NCBI GenBank assembly: GCA_020891255.1
Contig: BQFW01000005.1
Span: 186,001 to 250,000 of the forward strand
Source: Entomortierella parvispora E1425
Taxonomy: Eukaryota > Fungi > Mortierellomycota
DNA length: 64,000 bases
Direction: 5' to 3'
The notes under the pieces were generated by a model. It was given only the letters and a program-made list of their open reading frames with translations. It was not told the DNA's origin and did no database searches. This document shows, piece after piece, positions 59,311 through 64,000 of this stretch. The number at the start of each line of letters is the position of its first letter. Positions within the stretch are counted from its first letter, which is position 1. A program made the translations under genes and the position numbers.

Positions 59311-60158
59311 GGTCGCTCAGGTGGTGCCAAGCTTGACTCGAAAAAAGATCTCTTTAAAAGGTCAATGGCTGCGGTAGAGAAGGTGCAATGCAAACGAGGA
59401 ATGCAAATGAATGAATTAAAGAATGAGTGAATGAGGCAAATGGAGATGCAACGTGGATGATGAGGAGAGAGAACAAAGGAGAAGTGAGGGGGAGAGAGAG
59501 AGAAAGAGAAAGAGAGAAAGGAGAAAAGGAAACAGGAGAAAAAGAAGGCAGAAAGAGAGAATAAAAAAAAAAGACGCGACCGCGCCTTCGATCGTCTTTA
59601 CCCCCTTCAGCCATTGCATTGCATTTGCATGGCAGGAAAGGCACCCAAGGTGGGGACCGACCGCCGTTTTTCTCTATCTCAGTCTGAGTTTGTAGCTGGC
59701 GTTGAATTCTCCGCTGAGGAAGCAAAAGGCACAAAGGGCCAATTTGCTTCCGTCCTTTCTCTCCTCTCGTCTTCTCTCGTGTCTGTCATAGCTCATGGAC
59801 AAGTGAAGAGGACCTCTTCTTCCTTCCTTCCTTCCTTTCTTTTTTTCCTTCCTTCCTTCTTCCCGCAGACAATCGCTCCTCTTTATTTTGTCGAGTCTTC
59901 CCGCCTATGACGACCTCCATGATGTTTGTGCCATGTTCTCATTGGTCTGTGCACACAAACAATCCTACATTCGAAAAAGAGCCGTGCTGCTCACTTCAAA
60001 AGAGATCGGTGCGAGGGGGGATGAAATCGGGGGTGGGGGAACCTTTTTTTCTTGTATGGATTTATGGATGTTTGTTTTTGTAATTAGGGTGGATGTAGTA
60101 AGCAAAAAAAAATGAGAACAGAAAAAAACGAGAAAGGAAATCATGGTCCATTGTTGGA

Positions 60159-62884
60159 TCAGTTGTTCACCAGGACACCGTTAACGCTCACAGTCGGCAG
60201 CGTGGGATGGAACTCTGTCATCTCCACATCTGCCTCACCAAGACTATTTCGCTTGATGTCCATCATGGAGCCATGTCCAGGGTGGTGTCTGTCTTCCACT
60301 TCGACCACATCCTCCTCGTCATCCTCATCATCGTCGTCGTCTTCGTCCTGTTCGTGTTCATCCTCAAACGACATCAGGGTATAGTCTTCCTCGTGCGAGC
60401 TCATGCTCTCCACATCATCATTGACCAATGAATGAATTCCCATTTTGTTGTTGTTGATGCTGCTGCTGCTGTTGCTATGGCTGTTGTCGACTATCGAATG
60501 GCCGTTAACGGTCGGTGTTTCAGAATTGGATCGGGTTGGGATATCTGCTGCTTCCAGTCTGGTTCCTTTGGGTGGTCTGCCGGGTCTTCCTGGCTTCTTT
60601 TTAAGCGAGGGTGTTGCGCTATTGATACCGTTCTATACAAAGGCAAGATTAATTTTAAATTGTAAGGCTGTCTGGCGGTATGCTAGAGTCCTGTTTCAGA
60701 ACCTACCTCGTGTTGGTAATGCGACATTTCATTCAAGTATCGTTGCCTGTCCTGGATAGCAAGATCAGAGTAGATCTAATAGGAGAACATAGAATTGATC
60801 CATCGTGTCAATAATATTCTTGAACCGTTCCCCGAAACAGTCAATTGTATGTGGGTGCATCAACAGGGTGCGCCAGTCTGAGTACGCCAAAACTAAAAAA
60901 AAAAAAAAAGTGGATCATCCATCCTCCAGTGCTCGAGCCATAATCGCGCTGTCCAGTGATACTCGGCGCCATTCATATGCTGTCGAGGCGACTGTAATCT
61001 AGAGAATCCATTTCATGGGTCGATATCGCTGTAGCCTGGGTCGATTTCCTCTATCCTTTTCTCGTGTCTTGTATTATTCAGTCTGCGAGGTCCTTAGTGT
61101 TTTAGTGTACCTGTTTCTCGGTTGATGGCATGGATTTCCATTGCTGCCCCAGGAATTTGGTGAGTTCACTCTGGTTGCCTTCGTTCTTTTCTTCCCGTGC
61201 CTGCTGACGGTGCTGCTGCGAAAAGATAAAGAATGCGTTCGAGGGACGCTTTGGGGCTAAGGGATCCTTACGTCTTTTCTTGATAGCCTTCTTGCCGCTC
61301 GACGGTGAGAGCGAGGCTGCATCCACGGCCGAGGCGCTGTGTGAGTTCGAGTCCAGGACAGAGGACGCTCTTGAGGGCGGTGTTCTGGGCCGTGAGTGAC
61401 TCAAAGATGACCCAGGGACGGCCAGGGAGTTGGAAGTGGTGGTGTGATGGTGGGAACTAGAGCCAAGAGCAGAAGAGGAGTATCGAGAATGCCTCGATCG
61501 GGATCGATCAAGGCCGTGACGAGAATGTTGGTGGTGAGAGCGCGAGGAGCGGCTGCCATTCTGATCTGCATCTGAGTCCAGGTCAGAGGATGAGACTGAG
61601 GATGATGAGGACGAGGTGAGGGCAGTAGCGTTGTTGACGGGATGTTCTGTCTGGTCCAACCTGTCAAAGAGGAAGCTACGGAAGGAGAAAAAAGAAAGGT
61701 CCTGGGTGTGAATATCGAGTGTCTGATGTGAGCGTAGAGTCGAATGGGAGCAAAGGGTACCAAGTAAGGTCCTTACCTTCGCTCGACGCGCAGACGGTGA
61801 ATGTTTTTTCTTGCACGACTTAGTTTGATATTGAGCACATCGTTATCCTATTTGGGGTCAAAGGAATAACAGAGGAGAGGAGGACCGTTGTCGGTGAGTA
61901 GGAGCACAAGTGGGCGCGCATCGGGCGCCTGTCTTCAATTGAATAAGGAAAAGAGAATCACAGCCAAGACGGTAAAGAGATAAAGAGATTTCGATCCAAT
62001 CTCCAGAAATAACGACAACAGCGAAAGAGGAAAAAAAAATAATAATCACGCAGAACCATAAAGGGGCGGATCATCATCATCATCATCCTTCATCGTTCTT
62101 CCACCCCAAGGAAAACAGAAGAGAGAACCAAAAAGAAATTTCCTTTGGGACAGTCCACCGAGATAAAAATAATGGGCCAAATGGCACCCACCAACCGTCT
62201 TCAAAAATAACAGCCGACGCCGGTACATCACTCCTGCCCCCGGTTCATATGCAACCTACTGAGCCCCAGCATGCCATACTTACATCCTCAATGTCGCGTA
62301 TCCGTTTCTTGAGATCCTTGTATTTGTGTTTGTACTTGGCGTCTACTATTTGCAGGTTGAATGAAAAAGAGGGAAAAAAAAAATCAGCCAGACCCCTCGA
62401 TTTTACTCTCTGTCCTTCTTTGCAAACCTCTTTTAACATCGGTATTGACATCAACATCAATCAATGTTATGTCCAACCATCATCATCATGGTTCCACACA
62501 TACCATCGACAGCGGTGGCAGCGGTTGCAGTTGTAGCAGTTGGCGTGGTTGTTGTTATGATTGGGGTGGAAGTCTTGCCATTCTGAGAAGGGTCTGTGGC
62601 GGTGGCGATTGTGGCCACAGGGGCAGCAAGGGCAATGGGAGCAGATACAGGGGCAGATACAGGGGCAGGGGCAGGGGCAGGGGCAATGGCGAGAGACGAA
62701 AGAGATACGGACGGCTGCTTTGTCTACCAGAGAATGAGGGGAATGAAACGGCAGAATATATCAACAACCGGAGAGCGATCCAAAAAGGGCTCGTTTGAGC
62801 ATAGAAAATCAAATCTCTAGGAGAGGAAGGCCACGCTACCTTTGTCGGAGAAGAGCCGTTGACAATAGAGGACAGGGCTGACAT
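60159..62884 (-). CDS. HMG-box protein with INO80E-like coiled coil (Nhp10/Nht1-like INO80 subunit), ~7 exons
   Basis: YKHKYKDLKKRIRDIED|DNDVLNIKLSRARKNIHRLRVERS|FLFDRL coiled coil; KDPLAPKRPSNAFFIFSQQHR..LGQQWKSM..EKQ|IY.DLA..DRQRYLNEM HMG box; AT-hook-like PGRPGRPPK; acidic tail. Confidence 0.88.
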
Positions 62885-63692
62885 GGTGCCTGTTGTCTTT
62901 GTGTGTGCTTGTCTGCGGACGAACGAACGAGGTGGTCGCGTGTATGTATGTGAATGGAGAGTTGGAATGCAATGAATGAATGAATGAATGAATGAATGAA
63001 TGCGACGTGGTGGGGATTCGCGTTTCTTTTTGTTTGTTGCAGAGCGATATTATTTTCCCTTTCAGGGCTTTCGGGAAAGGTGTCGGTTGCAACGGTCGGA
63101 GGGTTGGGCGAGTTCAGGAGGGAAGAAGAAGGAATGGAGGGGAATGAATGAACAGACAGACAGACAGACAGGAATGAATGAACAAAGGAATGAATGGGGG
63201 GGATCAATGGAGGGAATAAAGGGGGAAAGAGGAAGAGCGAGAGAGAGAGAGAGAGAAAAGAGGAAAGGAAAGGGAGGGTGCTGTTGTGGTCAGTCCGTGT
63301 CGTGTCGTCGTTCTTTTGTTCGTTCGTTTGTTCCTTCGTAGGGTCAAGGGAAAGGATTCTTCTTTGTCGTCCTTTGCCTTGTGAGGAGGGGTCGAGTCGA
63401 TTGATACGATGCCCACAAAAACTCCTCCTTCTTCTTCTTGGCTCTCTCATCTCTTTCTTCTTTTCTTTCCCTCTTGGCTCGCTTTCAAATGTATTTCATT
63501 TCCCTTTTTGCTGCACCGCAAAGACAAACAAACAAAGGAGACGAGAGAATGCAAAAAGAGAAGAGTGCTCAACCATGCAACGTGGTGGTGGGTCGGTCCT
63601 TTCCTTGAGAATAGGATAGGATTGATTCTCTTTCATCCACTCCAGACAAACAGACAGGCTGAGGCTGCAATGGGCAACCACAGAAAAGTGGA

Positions 63693-63723
<31 letters not shown>

Positions 63724-64000
63724 GTTCTTTGTTGCTCTCTGCTATTTTCACTTTTCATTCTTTCATTCATTCGTTCATTCTTTCCTTCCTTCCTTCCCTT
63801 CTCTCTCTTTTTCTATTTCTGTTCCCTTTGGAATTTTGGATCCAATTTCAAAGGAAATTGATTTTCTCTCTTTCTCTCTTTTCTCTTCTCTTTCTCGCTC
63901 TGTCCGTCATCGCCTCTCCCTGCGGACTGACCTAGGGGGCCAAACCATGTGCGAGAGCTCCCTTTCTCTCCAACTCGACCCCAAGAACTCTCTTTTTCTC

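Noticed and set aside
62836-63935. ORFs upstream of the HMG gene
   Set aside because: Low-complexity GA/CT and (AATG)n promoter DNA.

Overview
Eukaryotic, intron-rich fungal genomic DNA. Gene content and intron style suggest an early-diverging fungus, probably Mortierellaceae/Mucoromycota (inference). About 24 protein-coding genes are supported: DUF676 lipase, LUD-domain protein, GH16 Crh-like, WBP2-like, SET, GPI Ser/Thr protein, G-beta, patatin lipase, PA-RING E3, GDP-fucose transporter-like, RINT1/TIP20, BTB, YPI1, TRS23, chitin synthase, CUE, twinfilin, MATE, an HMG/INO80 subunit and several hypotheticals. There are also two tRNAs (Asp-GTC, Lys-TTT) and several decayed accessory tracts. 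The standout is 20268-22053, which the ORF track misses. A signal-peptide exon is followed by 14 micro-exons (thirteen of 3 nt, one of 4 nt) and a 12-nt terminal coding exon, separated by tandemly duplicated ~110-nt introns that each keep canonical splice signals. Spliced, it encodes a 38-aa secreted precursor (MKFQYLIAFVALLGFAFA|APAPGGDPDLPNHHMHPPPP), essentially one amino acid per exon. Other notable items: a tandem pair of intronless tail-anchored beta-trefoil-like paralogs, one split by a -1 frameshift at a G_GGA_AAG heptamer; a bacterial-type LUD gene; a twinfilin with an intron-split ATG; and a dispersed repeat relic flanking the micro-exon gene. All exon structures were inferred by eye and need transcript confirmation.
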